Source of the DNA: an uncultured Alphaproteobacteria bacterium
GTDB lineage: Bacteria; Pseudomonadota; Alphaproteobacteria; RF32; CAG-239
Assembly: GCA_910577205.1 (NCBI GenBank)
Contig: CAJTMA010000001.1
Span: forward strand, 137,840 to 201,839
DNA length: 64,000 bases
Reading direction: 5' to 3'
Every line of letters begins with the position of its first letter. Position 1 is the stretch's first letter. The position numbers were made by a program, and so were the translations under genes. The notes below the pieces were generated by a model, which was given only the letters and a program-made list of their open reading frames with translations, did not search any database and was not told where the DNA came from. This document shows, one piece after another, positions 11,702 to 22,596 of this stretch.

Positions 11702-12394
11702 ATGGAGACAGAAGTGATATTAGGCAAAAAGAATATTATCTGGGATTTAGATAACACCTTATACCGTATTACCCCGGAATTTGCTGATATATTGGATGAG
11801 GCTACGGCTATTGCCGCGATTGAAGATTTGGGCGTTCCGCTTGATTTTGAAACCGCAAAAGCCAAAGTCAAAGAATCCTACCGCGTTTATCGGGATGGCG
11901 GCGAAATTTTTGTAAAAGAATATGGTATCGACCCCAAAGATATTTTTTTGGCTTATCATAAGCGCAAGCCGGTGCACCCGATTGTCCCCTATGAGAATCT
12001 GCTGGAAAAGTTAGAAGCCCTGCCTTGCGAACAATACATCTTTTCTACCAGCACCCGCGATGTTTGTGAAAAAATTTTGAAACATATCGGCTTGTATGAC
12101 TTTTTTAAAGGGCGTTTTTACTCGGTTGAAGATTTTGACACGTTTAAGAAAAATGAAAGCGCCGATGTTTATCTGCAGCTTTGCCAGAGGATTAATGTTG
12201 ATCCCAAAGACTGCATTTTTGTAGATGACAGCTATTCTAACTTAGAATTTCCTAAAGAAATCGGCATGACAACCGTGCGGATTTTCTATAACGAAAATTC
12301 AGCCAAAGACAAAACCTATATCGATTTTGCTTATAAAGGCATTCACAGCTTTTTGGAAGCTTGCCAACAGCAGCCTAGCGAAGTTTGCGGTTAA
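11702..12394 (+). CDS. HAD-superfamily hydrolase, nucleotidase-like.
   Basis: IWDLDNTLY motif I plus downstream HAD motifs. 230 aa. Confidence 0.6.
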   Translation: METEVILGKKNIIWDLDNTLYRITPEFADILDEATAIAAIEDLGVPLDFETAKAKVKESYRVYRDGGEIFVKEYGIDPKDIFLAYHKRKPVHPIVPYENLLEKLEALPCEQYIFSTSTRDVCEKILKHIGLYDFFKGRFYSVEDFDTFKKNESADVYLQLCQRINVDPKDCIFVDDSYSNLEFPKEIGMTTVRIFYNENSAKDKTYIDFAYKGIHSFLEACQQQPSEVCG

Positions 12395-13076
12395 ACGCCC
12401 GACAGGTGTCGCTTTCCTTTTGGTAATTGCTGCGGCTGTCCAGTTTGCGCTGCTCTTCCAAAATCTGGTCGCGCAAGCGATTTACCAAAGGCGTTACGGC
12501 ATTATAGAATTTCTGGGTCAATTCCGCAGAAACTTTGTCTTCGGAATCCATCCGCCCCACATATGCGGGCGGAATTTTTTTTACTTCTTCGGATAATTCG
12601 CGGCGGATTATCGGTATAAAATATTCTAATGCCTGCTTGTTTATTTGTTGATGCACCTGCTCATGGCGGAGAACCAAGTTATAATTGCAGCTGCCGGGAA
12701 CTAATTCTTTCGCCATGTAAATAACCGGACGGGAAAAACCAATATAGACACTCAGGCGCAGAGGCAGAATACAGCGGTCATTATTGCTTAGCGTTTTGGT
12801 CTGGGTGTTTAATTCATATTCGGAATTAATATTAACCAAGGCCAGCCCTGCCGCAAAAACGCCTTGTTCAAAGATTCCGGCCTGTTGTGCCATACGGCTT
12901 AATTCTTCACGCCCCATCGAGAAATCATAAATCAGTTTTCCGTAAGATGTTGTAAAAACAATCTCGGGCACAAAGGACAAGTTTTCACATTCCTGCTTCG
13001 CTGTTTCTTCAGCCGGTGCTGACGAAGCAGAAAGGAAAATCACGCTGATTATTAATACAAAAAAAAGCTTTTTCAT
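12375..13076 (-). CDS. Secreted protein with an HExxH motif (HEQVH), DUF922-like.
   Basis: Signal peptide. LRHEQVHQQI motif. Family call is tentative. Confidence 0.45.
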   Translation of the reverse strand: MKKLFFVLIISVIFLSASSAPAEETAKQECENLSFVPEIVFTTSYGKLIYDFSMGREELSRMAQQAGIFEQGVFAAGLALVNINSEYELNTQTKTLSNNDRCILPLRLSVYIGFSRPVIYMAKELVPGSCNYNLVLRHEQVHQQINKQALEYFIPIIRRELSEEVKKIPPAYVGRMDSEDKVSAELTQKFYNAVTPLVNRLRDQILEEQRKLDSRSNYQKESDTCRAFNRKLR

Positions 13077-13134
13077 GATATATATGGTATAAGTTATTTA
13101 TTAATATTGCGTTATAATTGCGGAGAAACAGCAG

Positions 13135-14073
13135 ATGAACAAATTAATCTTCGGCGGAATGCTTATCCTTTTAGGTTCTGTGTCGACACTTGTTTATGCC
13201 CAACATCCCGGAAGTTATATGCGTAAACCTTTGCCTGCACCTAACTTTTTTGTACCGCAGAAAGCCCTGCCCCAACCGGAAAAGCTGCCACCGTTTAATA
13301 TGCCGGAGCAGGAAGAGAATATTCCGGCGGAAGTTGTTCACAAACCAAGCACCCCGGCCCCGACCATTACTTTTGAGCGCGAAGAAGAAACCACTCCTGA
13401 GAAAAACTCGCCGGCGGAAGAATTTAATCCCAAGCTTGACGTTTCGCTGCCTGAACCGGAGGAAACCACCGCACCGAAATACAAGCAGGAATATGACGCT
13501 TATGTCAAAGACTTAAAAGCCATTGCCGAAACCGGCAAAGCTCCGGCTAATCCTGAGCTGGAAAAAGATTTGGAAAAGCTAAACAGCGAAGACCGCTTGA
13601 AAGTTGATGAAGAAGGGCGCATTACCGAAGTTTTTCAGCAATCGCAGCTGATTAACCCTATGGCTTCCGGCAGAGAATATGGCGGCACGACTGTTCAGAT
13701 TCTGGAGCAGGCAGAGATAGACCGCAGCAGCTCTTTTGTATCTGAAGAAGCGCATAATCCCTTTGCAGACGGCAAGGAAGTTGAAGCAATGTCGCCAGAA
13801 ACCGCCGCTTATTTTGGCGGAACAAACCCGTTTTATGACGGAGATGTCATTTCATATGACGAAGAAGAAGACAGTGACAAAGAAAAGCAAATAGAAAGGC
13901 CGACTTCTGAAATACAGGCCGAAGCCGCTCCCGAAGAGGAAGCAGCTCAACCCGAGCCCGAAGCCTATACACCGCCCGAACCCAAAAAAACACATAGTTC
14001 CGGTAACAGAAACCGCGGCCGCAGAGCAAACAGCGCGGCTTCGTTTAATCTCGGCCCGAATATGGTTCGCTAA
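13135..14073 (+). CDS. Secreted Pro/Glu-rich low-complexity protein, hypothetical.
   Basis: Signal peptide. Acidic PE-rich repeats. 312 aa. Confidence 0.5.
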   Translation: MNKLIFGGMLILLGSVSTLVYAQHPGSYMRKPLPAPNFFVPQKALPQPEKLPPFNMPEQEENIPAEVVHKPSTPAPTITFEREEETTPEKNSPAEEFNPKLDVSLPEPEETTAPKYKQEYDAYVKDLKAIAETGKAPANPELEKDLEKLNSEDRLKVDEEGRITEVFQQSQLINPMASGREYGGTTVQILEQAEIDRSSSFVSEEAHNPFADGKEVEAMSPETAAYFGGTNPFYDGDVISYDEEEDSDKEKQIERPTSEIQAEAAPEEEAAQPEPEAYTPPEPKKTHSSGNRNRGRRANSAASFNLGPNMVR

Positions 14074-14077
14074 GCTG

Positions 14078-15211
14078 TCAGAAATAATTTTTAATAAAAT
14101 CCCGGTAGATGACTTCAAGTAAATAAATATCTTCAACCTTGGCAGCTTCATTCATTCGGTGCACCAAGGTATTTGTCAGCCCGAATTCGATAACCGGGCA
14201 ATAGCTGCTGATGAAGCCGGCGGAAGTTGAAGAACCATCTGTTCCGCAAGAGGGAATAATTCCGGAAGCCCGCTCTATCACTTCTTTCAGCAATGACATT
14301 TCCCGTTCCGGGGTATTGTAATAGATATTTCTGTCTTTTTCATATTTAAGCTCAAATTCCCCCTTGGCAAAGGAAACATTCCTCTGTACCCAAGACACGA
14401 TGTTTTCCGGGCGGTGGTTGTTGTTATATAATATCTGCACCATTGCCGTCGCCGTCATAGGGAAATTGCTGTACAGCCCGTTTTCAGACCGTAAGGACAT
14501 AATTTGCAGAGTTGACGGGGAAAAGTTTTCATTACCGTTATCCAAGGCGGTGGCTTTAAGCTTATTAAGCAAGTCCAGCAAATTATGAAGCGGATTTTGA
14601 CTGGCTGCGTGATATGCCGGATGGCCGCTCCGGCCAAAAGATTTTATTTCAAACCAAAGGCTGCCGCGAGCACCGATTTTAATTGCTTCGCCCATGCGCT
14701 TAGGGTTGCTCGGGCTGCCGAAGATACAAAAATCAAACTTCTCGCCCTCTGCGGTTAATTGTTCAAGCATCTTCTGCACGGAATGACCGCCGCATTCTTC
14801 TTCATCGCTGCTAAGCAGCAGGCTCACCCGCCCCGGCAGGCCTCCTTCTTTCACCAGGCTTTCACAAGCTGAAATAAAGCCCGCCACAGCTCCTTTCATA
14901 TCGCAAATGCCCCGGGCATACAGCAGGCCGTCGTCAACCGTTCCGCCAAACGGGGAATAACGCCATTCCTCCTCGGCCTGAGGGGTTGCTATATCCAAAT
15001 GTCCGGCGAATAAAAGATGTTTTCCTCCCTGTCCCATAGAGGCAAACAGTCCGGGAGTTTTTGCGTGATTATCATTTTCCAGGTCAAACAGCCTGACGTT
15101 AAAGCCATCGGCTTCAAGATATGTTTTGAGGTAAGAAAAAACAGGAAATAATTGAGGGGAGTGTGAGCGGTATTGGACAAGTTTCTGCGCCAACTCGATT
15201 ACATTAGTCAT
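14078..15211 (-). CDS. dapE: Succinyl-diaminopimelate desuccinylase (M20 peptidase).
   Basis: Collinear with DapE. VIELAQKLV..SHSP N-terminus. GH.D..P, GDMKG and SDEE motifs. Confidence 0.8.
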   Translation of the reverse strand: MTNVIELAQKLVQYRSHSPQLFPVFSYLKTYLEADGFNVRLFDLENDNHAKTPGLFASMGQGGKHLLFAGHLDIATPQAEEEWRYSPFGGTVDDGLLYARGICDMKGAVAGFISACESLVKEGGLPGRVSLLLSSDEEECGGHSVQKMLEQLTAEGEKFDFCIFGSPSNPKRMGEAIKIGARGSLWFEIKSFGRSGHPAYHAASQNPLHNLLDLLNKLKATALDNGNENFSPSTLQIMSLRSENGLYSNFPMTATAMVQILYNNNHRPENIVSWVQRNVSFAKGEFELKYEKDRNIYYNTPEREMSLLKEVIERASGIIPSCGTDGSSTSAGFISSYCPVIEFGLTNTLVHRMNEAAKVEDIYLLEVIYRDFIKNYF

Positions 15212-15316
15212 AAGTCATTCCTAAAATCAGGTTTATATACGATTGCGTATAAAAGTAGATAAAAAAGATATAATCCTTTTTATGCAGATTTAAACCTTTG
15301 GGAATTCTAAAACAGA

Positions 15317-18010
15317 CTAAGCGGCTTGTTTGGAACTCAGTGATTTCAGTTCATAAAGCTTTTCTAAGGCCTCGCGCGGGGACAGGTCGTCAGGGTTCAG
15401 GCTTTCCATAAATTCGGCCAGCTCTGATTTGACCGGAATAACTTCCTCCCGCGGTTTAAGCGATGCAAAAAGCGGCAAATCATCTGCCAGTTCAGCAACA
15501 TTCTTATGGCTGCTATCGCTTTCTAATGATTGCAGCACCTGTTCGGCACGTTTGATTACCACTTTCGGCAAGCCCGCCAGTTTGGCAACATGAATACCGT
15601 AAGAACGGTCAGCCGCCCCGTTAATCACCTCGTGCAGGAAAACCACTTCCTCATTGAACTCTTTAATTTTCATGCAATGCAGGCTCATGCGCGGCAATTT
15701 TGACACCAAGCTGGTTAATTCATGGTAGTGGGTGGCAAACAAAGCCCGGCAATGATTAGCCTCGTGCAAATGTTCAATCACCGCCCAGGCAATCGACAAG
15801 CCGTCAAAAGTCGCTGTGCCGCGGCCGATTTCATCCAAAATAACAAAAGAGCGTTCATCCGCCTGATTCAAAATGCTGGCGGTTTCAACCATTTCCACCA
15901 TAAAGGTCGAGCGGCCGCGCGCCAAGTCATCACTCGCGCCGACACGCGAGAAAATCTTGTCAATAATGCCGATATGCGCGGATTTACAAGGGACAAAAGC
16001 TCCCATTTGCGCCATAATGGCAATAATGGCGTTTTGGCGCAGGAAAGTGGATTTACCGGCCATATTCGGACCGGTCAGCAACCAAATCAGATTATCTTCA
16101 TCCAGCACGCAGTTGTTGCCGACAAAAGCGCCGCCATGCTCTTTTTTTATCGCATATTCAACAACCGGGTGGCGGCCGTCAACAATCTCAAAAGCCAGCG
16201 AATTATCCAACTGCGGGCGGCAATAGTTATTTTCCACCGCCAAATCGGCCAAAGCCGCGCCAACATCCAGTTCCGCCAAAGCTTTAGCCGTGCGGGAAAT
16301 GTCATCAGAAGCGGCCAGCACTTCCTTAACCATATTGTCAAACAGCTCTAATTCCATTGCCAGAGATTTTTCAGCTGCGCCGCGAATGCCGTTTTCCAGT
16401 TCGGTCAGCTCAACCGTGGTAAAGCGGGCAGCATTTAAGACGGACTGGCGATGGATAAAATCTTTGTTTTCCAACATTTCGGTAGCAAATTTGCTTTGAA
16501 CCTCAATAAAATAGCCGATGACATTGTTGTATTTGATTTTTAAATTGGGAATATTGACGGCTTCAGCATATTTGTTCTGTAATTCAAGAATAAGCTTATG
16601 GCTGTCTTCCTTCATTTCTTTTACGGCATCCAAGGGAGGATAGTATCCCGGGCGGATAAACCCGCCGTCACGCGCTAAAAGCGGCAGTTCTTCGTCAAGC
16701 GCCCGATTAAAGGTATCAACCATGGTTTCATGAAACCCCAAACGTTTCATAATCGCGGCAACAGCTGCCGGAAGTTCCTGCTCGACAGACGCACCGGCTG
16801 TTTGGTTGAAGCCGGCAAGCAATATTTTCAGTTGCGGAATGACCGACAAAGTGGTTTTGATATTTGCCAAATCACGCGGGCCTCCGCGGCCAAGGCTTAA
16901 ACGCGATACGGCACGTTCCATATCCGGACAAGATTTGAGCAAATCGCGAAAGTCTTCCCGCAAGCGAGGGTGGTTAATAAAGAACTCAATCACGTCCAAA
17001 CGCTGGTTAATCTCCGGCAAATCGACCAGCGGGCTGGCAACCCGTCCGGCAAGCAAACGCCCGCCGACTGCGGTAACCGTGCGATCCATTACCGAAAGCA
17101 GGGTTGCTCCCTTATCTCCGGTCAGGGATTCCAGCAGTTCCAAATTCTTGCGGGTAGCGCCGTCAATTTCCATAACCTTGTTTTCATAGACTTTAACCGG
17201 TTTTTCAATCCGCGGCATTTGCCCTTTTTGCGTATTTTCCACATAATCCAGCAAAATCCCGGCGGCGGTGGTTTCCGTGCGGCTGAAATTGCCAAAGGCA
17301 TCCAGTGTTTCAACTTTGAAAATATCCTGCAAACGGCGGCGGGCATTTTCACTGTTAAAGCGCGCCTGCGGCAAAACCGACAGCTTTTCGCGGTATTCAT
17401 TAAGCAGGCCAAACAACCGCTGATTTTGCAGATAAGCGTCTGACACCAGAATTTCTACCGGGCTTAACCGGGCTAACGCCGAGCTTAAAATGACCGCTTC
17501 GTCTTTGTCTTTCAGGCTGATTTCCTGCGTGTAGAAATCGCCGGTTGACAAATCCAGCCATGCCAACCCCAGATTATCGTTCAATTTGGCAAGGCTGAGA
17601 ATGAAGTTGTTGCGCTTGGAATCCAACAGATTGTCTTCGGTCAGTGTTCCCGGCGTTACCAGACGGATAACATCGCGCTGAACAACCGCTTTATAGCCGC
17701 GTTTTTTCGCTTCTTTCGGATCTTCCGTCTGCTCGCAAATTGCCACTTTATAGCCTTGGCGGATGAGTTTAGCCAAGTAGCTTTCATAAGCATGAAACGG
17801 CACGCCGCACATAGGAATATCCTGCCCGTCGTGTTTGCCGCGTTTGGTAAGGGCGATATCCAAAGCCTTGGAAGCGGTGACGGCATCGTCAAAAAACATC
17901 TCATAGAAATCACCCATGCGGTAAAACAACAGGTAATCTTGGTGTTTGCTCTTAATGTCAAGGTATTGCGCCATCATCGGCGTTATCGGGGCTGCGGTAT
18001 TTTCAGTCAT
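15317..18010 (-). CDS. mutS: DNA mismatch repair protein MutS.
   Basis: MutS domains I-V and Walker [11 protein letters not shown] chose MTENTAAP as the start; the ORF-track N-terminal extension to 18088 is probably not translated. Confidence 0.93.
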   Translation of the reverse strand: MTENTAAPITPMMAQYLDIKSKHQDYLLFYRMGDFYEMFFDDAVTASKALDIALTKRGKHDGQDIPMCGVPFHAYESYLAKLIRQGYKVAICEQTEDPKEAKKRGYKAVVQRDVIRLVTPGTLTEDNLLDSKRNNFILSLAKLNDNLGLAWLDLSTGDFYTQEISLKDKDEAVILSSALARLSPVEILVSDAYLQNQRLFGLLNEYREKLSVLPQARFNSENARRRLQDIFKVETLDAFGNFSRTETTAAGILLDYVENTQKGQMPRIEKPVKVYENKVMEIDGATRKNLELLESLTGDKGATLLSVMDRTVTAVGGRLLAGRVASPLVDLPEINQRLDVIEFFINHPRLREDFRDLLKSCPDMERAVSRLSLGRGGPRDLANIKTTLSVIPQLKILLAGFNQTAGASVEQELPAAVAAIMKRLGFHETMVDTFNRALDEELPLLARDGGFIRPGYYPPLDAVKEMKEDSHKLILELQNKYAEAVNIPNLKIKYNNVIGYFIEVQSKFATEMLENKDFIHRQSVLNAARFTTVELTELENGIRGAAEKSLAMELELFDNMVKEVLAASDDISRTAKALAELDVGAALADLAVENNYCRPQLDNSLAFEIVDGRHPVVEYAIKKEHGGAFVGNNCVLDEDNLIWLLTGPNMAGKSTFLRQNAIIAIMAQMGAFVPCKSAHIGIIDKIFSRVGASDDLARGRSTFMVEMVETASILNQADERSFVILDEIGRGTATFDGLSIAWAVIEHLHEANHCRALFATHYHELTSLVSKLPRMSLHCMKIKEFNEEVVFLHEVINGAADRSYGIHVAKLAGLPKVVIKRAEQVLQSLESDSSHKNVAELADDLPLFASLKPREEVIPVKSELAEFMESLNPDDLSPREALEKLYELKSLSSKQAA

Positions 18011-18103
18011 TTTTCTCAGATTATTTATCAAATTTAAACTATCTGTATCATAATCTATTTTAAGGTATCGTCCAGAGTTTTTTAGCATTTATGGAACCAT
18101 AGG

Positions 18104-19531
18104 ATGTTTAAACGCAGCAACAATTATTACAAATTTGAAAAAAACAACAAATTTGCCGACCGTGTTTTGGTTTTATCTCTGCCGTCGGCACTGGTTTTTA
18201 TTATGCTGGTTGCTTTGCGGTTGCTGCCACCGTCAATGGCTGTCATTTCCTATGCGGCAATTATCATATTCAACATAGTCTTTTTGCTGCCGATTTCCTT
18301 TGAAATGCAGCAGCTGAAAAACTATGTCAAAAATCTGTCGCAGGGCGAAGTTCCGGGTGAAGGAAGCATTGAGTTATCAGAAAAAGATGCCAAAGAAATC
18401 GTGGAAGCCGTCAATGCCATGCACCGTTTCTGGGCTGCTAAGACAGACACGCTTGAGGCTCAGACTATTTCCGACACCGCCGTATTGGACACCCTGCCCG
18501 ACCCGATTATGATGATTGACCGCTCCGGCAATGTTATCGGGGCTAATTTGTCCTCCCGCACTATCTTTGGCAAAGAAATAACCGATAAAAACATCGAAAA
18601 GATTATCGATTCAAATAATTTTATTGAAGCCGTATCTCGCGTACTCAAAAAAGAAAGCGAATCCGAAAACCTGATTTTTTATGTGAAATCGCCTTTAGAC
18701 CAGAAGCTTTATGCCCATATCAAACGCCTGCCTTATTTATCCAAAGGGCGTGCCGTTGCGGTTATTTCGCTTTATGACCTGACCAAAGCGATGAAAATTG
18801 AAAAAATGCAATCAGATTTTGTGGCAAATGCCAGCCATGAACTGCGCACGCCGCTGGCGATTATCTCCGGTTTTATCGAAACGCTGCAAACCGCCGCAAA
18901 AGACGATGAAGAAGCCCGCGACAAATTTTTGAAGATTATGCAAGAGCAGGCGGAATATATGTCTTCACTGATTGAAAACCTGTTGTCGTTATCTAAAATT
19001 GAGATGAGTCAGGATATGCCGCCGGAAGACAAAGTGGATGTCAGCAAAATTATTGAAGAAGTCAGCGATGCGCTGTCGCTCAAAGCACAAGCCAGAGAAA
19101 TTGAGATTCACACATTTATGGAAACTGATTTGCCCGAAATCACTGCTGATGCGCGGCAGGTTAAACAAGTGATTCAAAACCTGACGGATAATGCGGTCAA
19201 ATACGGTGTGGCAAAAAGCGATTTATTAATCAAAGCCAGAGTGGCAGACAGCATTCCTTTATCCAAAAGTTTTCAGGTTGCCAAAGGCAAAGCCGTGGCT
19301 ATTTCCATTAACAACAAAGGCCCCAAAATCTCCCCCGAAAATCTGGCACGTTTGACCGAACGTTTTTACCGGATGCAGGAACACAAAGATTTGAATATTA
19401 AGGGAACAGGTTTGGGTTTGGCGATTGCCAAGCATATTATCTTGCGCCACAAAGGCAATTTGACGGTGACCTCCACCGCTTATAACGGCACAACGTTTAC
19501 CATTTATCTGCCGGTTTCTTTAACCCAGTAA
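18104..19531 (+). CDS. Two-component sensor histidine kinase (2 TM, PAS, HisKA, HATPase), PhoR-like.
   Basis: H-box ANASHELRTPL. N, G1 (DNAVKYG) and G2 (GTGLGLAI) boxes. Confidence 0.8.
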   Translation: MFKRSNNYYKFEKNNKFADRVLVLSLPSALVFIMLVALRLLPPSMAVISYAAIIIFNIVFLLPISFEMQQLKNYVKNLSQGEVPGEGSIELSEKDAKEIVEAVNAMHRFWAAKTDTLEAQTISDTAVLDTLPDPIMMIDRSGNVIGANLSSRTIFGKEITDKNIEKIIDSNNFIEAVSRVLKKESESENLIFYVKSPLDQKLYAHIKRLPYLSKGRAVAVISLYDLTKAMKIEKMQSDFVANASHELRTPLAIISGFIETLQTAAKDDEEARDKFLKIMQEQAEYMSSLIENLLSLSKIEMSQDMPPEDKVDVSKIIEEVSDALSLKAQAREIEIHTFMETDLPEITADARQVKQVIQNLTDNAVKYGVAKSDLLIKARVADSIPLSKSFQVAKGKAVAISINNKGPKISPENLARLTERFYRMQEHKDLNIKGTGLGLAIAKHIILRHKGNLTVTSTAYNGTTFTIYLPVSLTQ

Positions 19532-19556
19532 ACGCGGAGGTTTCTGTAAGGCAACA

Positions 19557-19588
19557 ATAAAAAAGCCGCCCAATCAGGCGGCTTTTTT
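19557..19588. terminator. Bidirectional terminator between the sensor kinase and dnaK.
   Basis: aaaaagccgcc caatca ggcggcttttttg. Confidence 0.7.
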
Positions 19589-19602
19589 GCAGTTAAACAC
19601 TC

Positions 19603-21513
19603 TTATTTAACTTCTTCAAAGTCAGCGTCAACGACTTTTTCATCGCTACTGCCTGACTGAGCCTGTCCGGCATCAGCACCGGCTTCCGCGCCGGCTGCAC
19701 CGGCAGCTTCAGGCTGCTTGTACATAGCTTCGCCAAGTTTCAGAGAAGCCTGCATCAAGCTTTCGGTTTTTTCCTTAATAACAGCCAGGTCATCGGCTTC
19801 AATAGCGGTTTTCAAGGCTTTCAGTTCATCTTCGATTTTGGTTTTCTCTGCCGGGGAAACCTTATCGCCATGTTCTTTCAAAGTCTTTTCGGTCGCATGA
19901 ACCAAACCTTCAGCCTGGTTTTTGGCTTCAACCAATTCTTTCTTCTGTTTATCAGCCTGAGCATTGGCTTCAGCGTCTTTAACCATCTTTTCGATATCTG
20001 CGTCAGACAAACCACCGCTGGCCTGAATACGGATAGCCTGTTCTTTGTTGGTTGCTTTATCTTTAGCAGAAACGTTAACGATACCGTTGGCGTCAATATC
20101 AAAGGTTACTTCAATCTGCGGCATACCGCGCGGTGCAGGCGGAATACCGACCAAGTCAAACTGTCCGAGCAGCTTGTTGTCTGCTGCCATTTCGCGCTCG
20201 CCTTGGAAGACGCGGATGGTTACGGCTGTTTGGCCGTCTTCCGCAGTTGAGAAGACCTGAGATTTACGGGTCGGAATAGTGGTGTTGCGGTCAATCAAAC
20301 GAGTGAAGACACCGCCTAAGGTTTCAATACCCAATGACAACGGGGTAACGTCAAGCAACAGAACATCTTTGACATCGCCCATCAAAACACCGCCCTGAAT
20401 GGAAGCGCCGACAGCGACAACTTCATCCGGGTTTACGCCTTTGTGCGGCTCTTTACCAAAGATTTCTTTTACTTTTTCCTGTACTTTCGGCATACGGGTC
20501 ATACCGCCGACCAAAATGACTTCGCTGATTTCATTGGCTTTCAAGCCTGCGTCAGACAAGGCTTTCTGGCAAGGAGCAACCGTGCGGTCAATCAAATCTT
20601 CAACCAGAGATTCCAATTTGGCGCGGGTCAATTTGATGTTCAGGTGTTTCGGACCGGTGGCATCTGCGGTAATAAACGGCAGGTTAATTTCGGTCTGAGT
20701 GGTTGAGGACAATTCAATTTTGGCTTTTTCAGCAGCTTCTTTCAAGCGTTGCAGAGCCAAACGGTCGTTTTTCAAATCAATACCGGATTCTTTCTTAAAT
20801 TCTTCGGTCAGATATTCAACCAAACGCTGGTCAAAGTCTTCACCGCCCAGGAAAGTATCGCCGTTGGTGGATTTTACTTCGAACACGCCGTCGCCGATTT
20901 CCAGAATGGAAATATCGAAAGTACCGCCGCCCAAGTCATAAACGGCAATCGTGCCGTTGGCTTTTTTATCCATACCATAGGCCAAAGCCGCAGCAGTCGG
21001 TTCGTTGATGATACGCAGAACATCCAAACCGGCGATTTTACCGGCATCTTTGGTTGCCTGACGCTGAGAGTCATTGAAGTATGCCGGAACGGTAATAACC
21101 GCTTTTTCAATTTTTTCACCGAGATAGCTTTCGGCATATTCTTTGATTTTTTGCAAAACGATGGCAGAAATCTGTGACGGCGCATATTTCTGGCCTTTGA
21201 CTTCAACCCAAGCGTCGCCGTTATCGCCATCAACGATTTTGAAAGGCACAAGTTTCTTGTCTTTTTCGACTTCCGGCGAATTATAGCGGCGGCCGATTAA
21301 GCGCTTAATGGCAAACAAAGTGTTTTCAGGATTGGTAACGGCCTGACGTTTTGCCGGAAAACCGACCAGACGCTCGGTGTCGGTAAAAGCTACCATAGAC
21401 GGCGTGGTGCGTGCGCCTTCAGAGTTTTCAAGAACTTTGGCTTCGCCGCCTTCCATCACTGCAAAGCAGGAGTTGGTCGTACCCAAGTCAATACCAATAA
21501 CTTTATTGCTCAT
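19603..21513 (-). CDS. dnaK: Chaperone DnaK (Hsp70).
   Basis: [18 protein letters not shown], and so on. 636 aa. Confidence 0.97.
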   Translation of the reverse strand: MSNKVIGIDLGTTNSCFAVMEGGEAKVLENSEGARTTPSMVAFTDTERLVGFPAKRQAVTNPENTLFAIKRLIGRRYNSPEVEKDKKLVPFKIVDGDNGDAWVEVKGQKYAPSQISAIVLQKIKEYAESYLGEKIEKAVITVPAYFNDSQRQATKDAGKIAGLDVLRIINEPTAAALAYGMDKKANGTIAVYDLGGGTFDISILEIGDGVFEVKSTNGDTFLGGEDFDQRLVEYLTEEFKKESGIDLKNDRLALQRLKEAAEKAKIELSSTTQTEINLPFITADATGPKHLNIKLTRAKLESLVEDLIDRTVAPCQKALSDAGLKANEISEVILVGGMTRMPKVQEKVKEIFGKEPHKGVNPDEVVAVGASIQGGVLMGDVKDVLLLDVTPLSLGIETLGGVFTRLIDRNTTIPTRKSQVFSTAEDGQTAVTIRVFQGEREMAADNKLLGQFDLVGIPPAPRGMPQIEVTFDIDANGIVNVSAKDKATNKEQAIRIQASGGLSDADIEKMVKDAEANAQADKQKKELVEAKNQAEGLVHATEKTLKEHGDKVSPAEKTKIEDELKALKTAIEADDLAVIKEKTESLMQASLKLGEAMYKQPEAAGAAGAEAGADAGQAQSGSSDEKVVDADFEEVK

Positions 21514-21568
21514 GTTTTTTCATCCTTATTGTTGTCTAAAAACGGTATTAAAATATTTCTACCAAGTT

Positions 21569-21597
21569 ATATAGGAAGTAGATTAAACAGAAGCAAG
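21569..21597 (-). promoter_or_regulatory. Putative sigma-32 (RpoH) heat-shock promoter for dnaK: CTTG-N18-CCTATAT.
   Basis: Minus strand reads cttg cttctgtttaatctactt cctatat. Matches the alphaproteobacterial RpoH consensus CTTG-N17/18-CYTATNT. About 55 nt upstream of the start codon. Confidence 0.55.
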
Positions 21598-21613
21598 ACT
21601 ATATCTTATTTTT

Positions 21614-22582
21614 TTAATATTTTTTCAGTTGTGCGGATGTATGGGCGTTTTTCGCAAGCGCCAAAGAATAATTTTTTTTGAAACTATCGTCAATTGCTGC
21701 CGACAGGCGTTCAACTTCCAAAGTGCAGCGGCCGTTGTTCAAGGGTATTTCCCCGCTACGGCAGCAATGGATAAAATGGCGGTGCTCATTGGCCAAAGGA
21801 TTGCCGCCGGAAATTATAAGACTGCCGTTTTTGCGGAGTTCACAAGCAACATAGTCCAATTGATATAAGTTTCCGATATCATCGCAGATTTCTGCACGAC
21901 GAACAACTTTATCCTTGCTGACCTGCGCCAACAAATCAACGTCCGCGTTATTTGAGCCTTGAAATGAAACATGGGCATAACTTTGAAGATTACGCTGAAT
22001 ATCCACTCCAATTTGCAAGCCTTTCATTTCATCGGCTTTGATCCCCGTCAGGTAATGCAAGACAGACAAATCATGCGACATTAAATTAGGAACAATAGTC
22101 GTATCTGTATTGCTGCCGAAAGACAAAGTTTCACGCACAGCATGATAAGAAGTGACTACCTGGTTCTTCAGCTCCTTTTTCAAAGCAACAACTGCAGGGT
22201 TGAAAACCTCTTGATAACCAATCATCAGGGGTGTCTTATTTTTTTCTGATAAGAGAATAAGCTCCATGCATTCGTTTTCATTCAGGGCAAAGGGCTTTTC
22301 AACCAAGCAAGGGATTCCACGCCCAAGCAGATAAGCAGCATAATGGGCATGATAAGAGGCCGGGGTGGCAATTATGGCAAGGTTAACCCGTGCAGGGTTG
22401 ACATCTTCAAGTTGTTTAAAATATCCGGTTTTAAAAATTTCGGCAGCAACGGCAGATGACTGCGGCGTAGAATTCATAATTCCGACAACTTCAACATCCG
22501 CGGCAGCAAATTCGCGCAAAACCTTTAAATGCTTAGCTCCCATGTTTTTACAACCAAAGATTGCTGCTTTATATTTTTCCAT
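21614..22582 (-). CDS. Gfo/Idh/MocA-family NAD(P)-dependent oxidoreductase.
   Basis: N-terminal Rossmann AIFGCKNMGAKH. 322 aa. Confidence 0.7.
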   Translation of the reverse strand: MEKYKAAIFGCKNMGAKHLKVLREFAAADVEVVGIMNSTPQSSAVAAEIFKTGYFKQLEDVNPARVNLAIIATPASYHAHYAAYLLGRGIPCLVEKPFALNENECMELILLSEKNKTPLMIGYQEVFNPAVVALKKELKNQVVTSYHAVRETLSFGSNTDTTIVPNLMSHDLSVLHYLTGIKADEMKGLQIGVDIQRNLQSYAHVSFQGSNNADVDLLAQVSKDKVVRRAEICDDIGNLYQLDYVACELRKNGSLIISGGNPLANEHRHFIHCCRSGEIPLNNGRCTLEVERLSAAIDDSFKKNYSLALAKNAHTSAQLKKY

Positions 22583-22596
22583 TTAAGCCCTTTTCG

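Noticed and set aside
15317-18088. The ORF-track mutS ORF starts 26 codons upstream of MTENTAAP. The ORF-track ctpA (to 33243), parB (to 52733), lpoA-like (to 41840) and rsmI (from 41389) ORFs have the same kind of N-terminal extension.
   Set aside because: The extensions lack RBS or signal-peptide logic. They overlap upstream genes or the ffs RNA. Internal starts give canonical N-termini.
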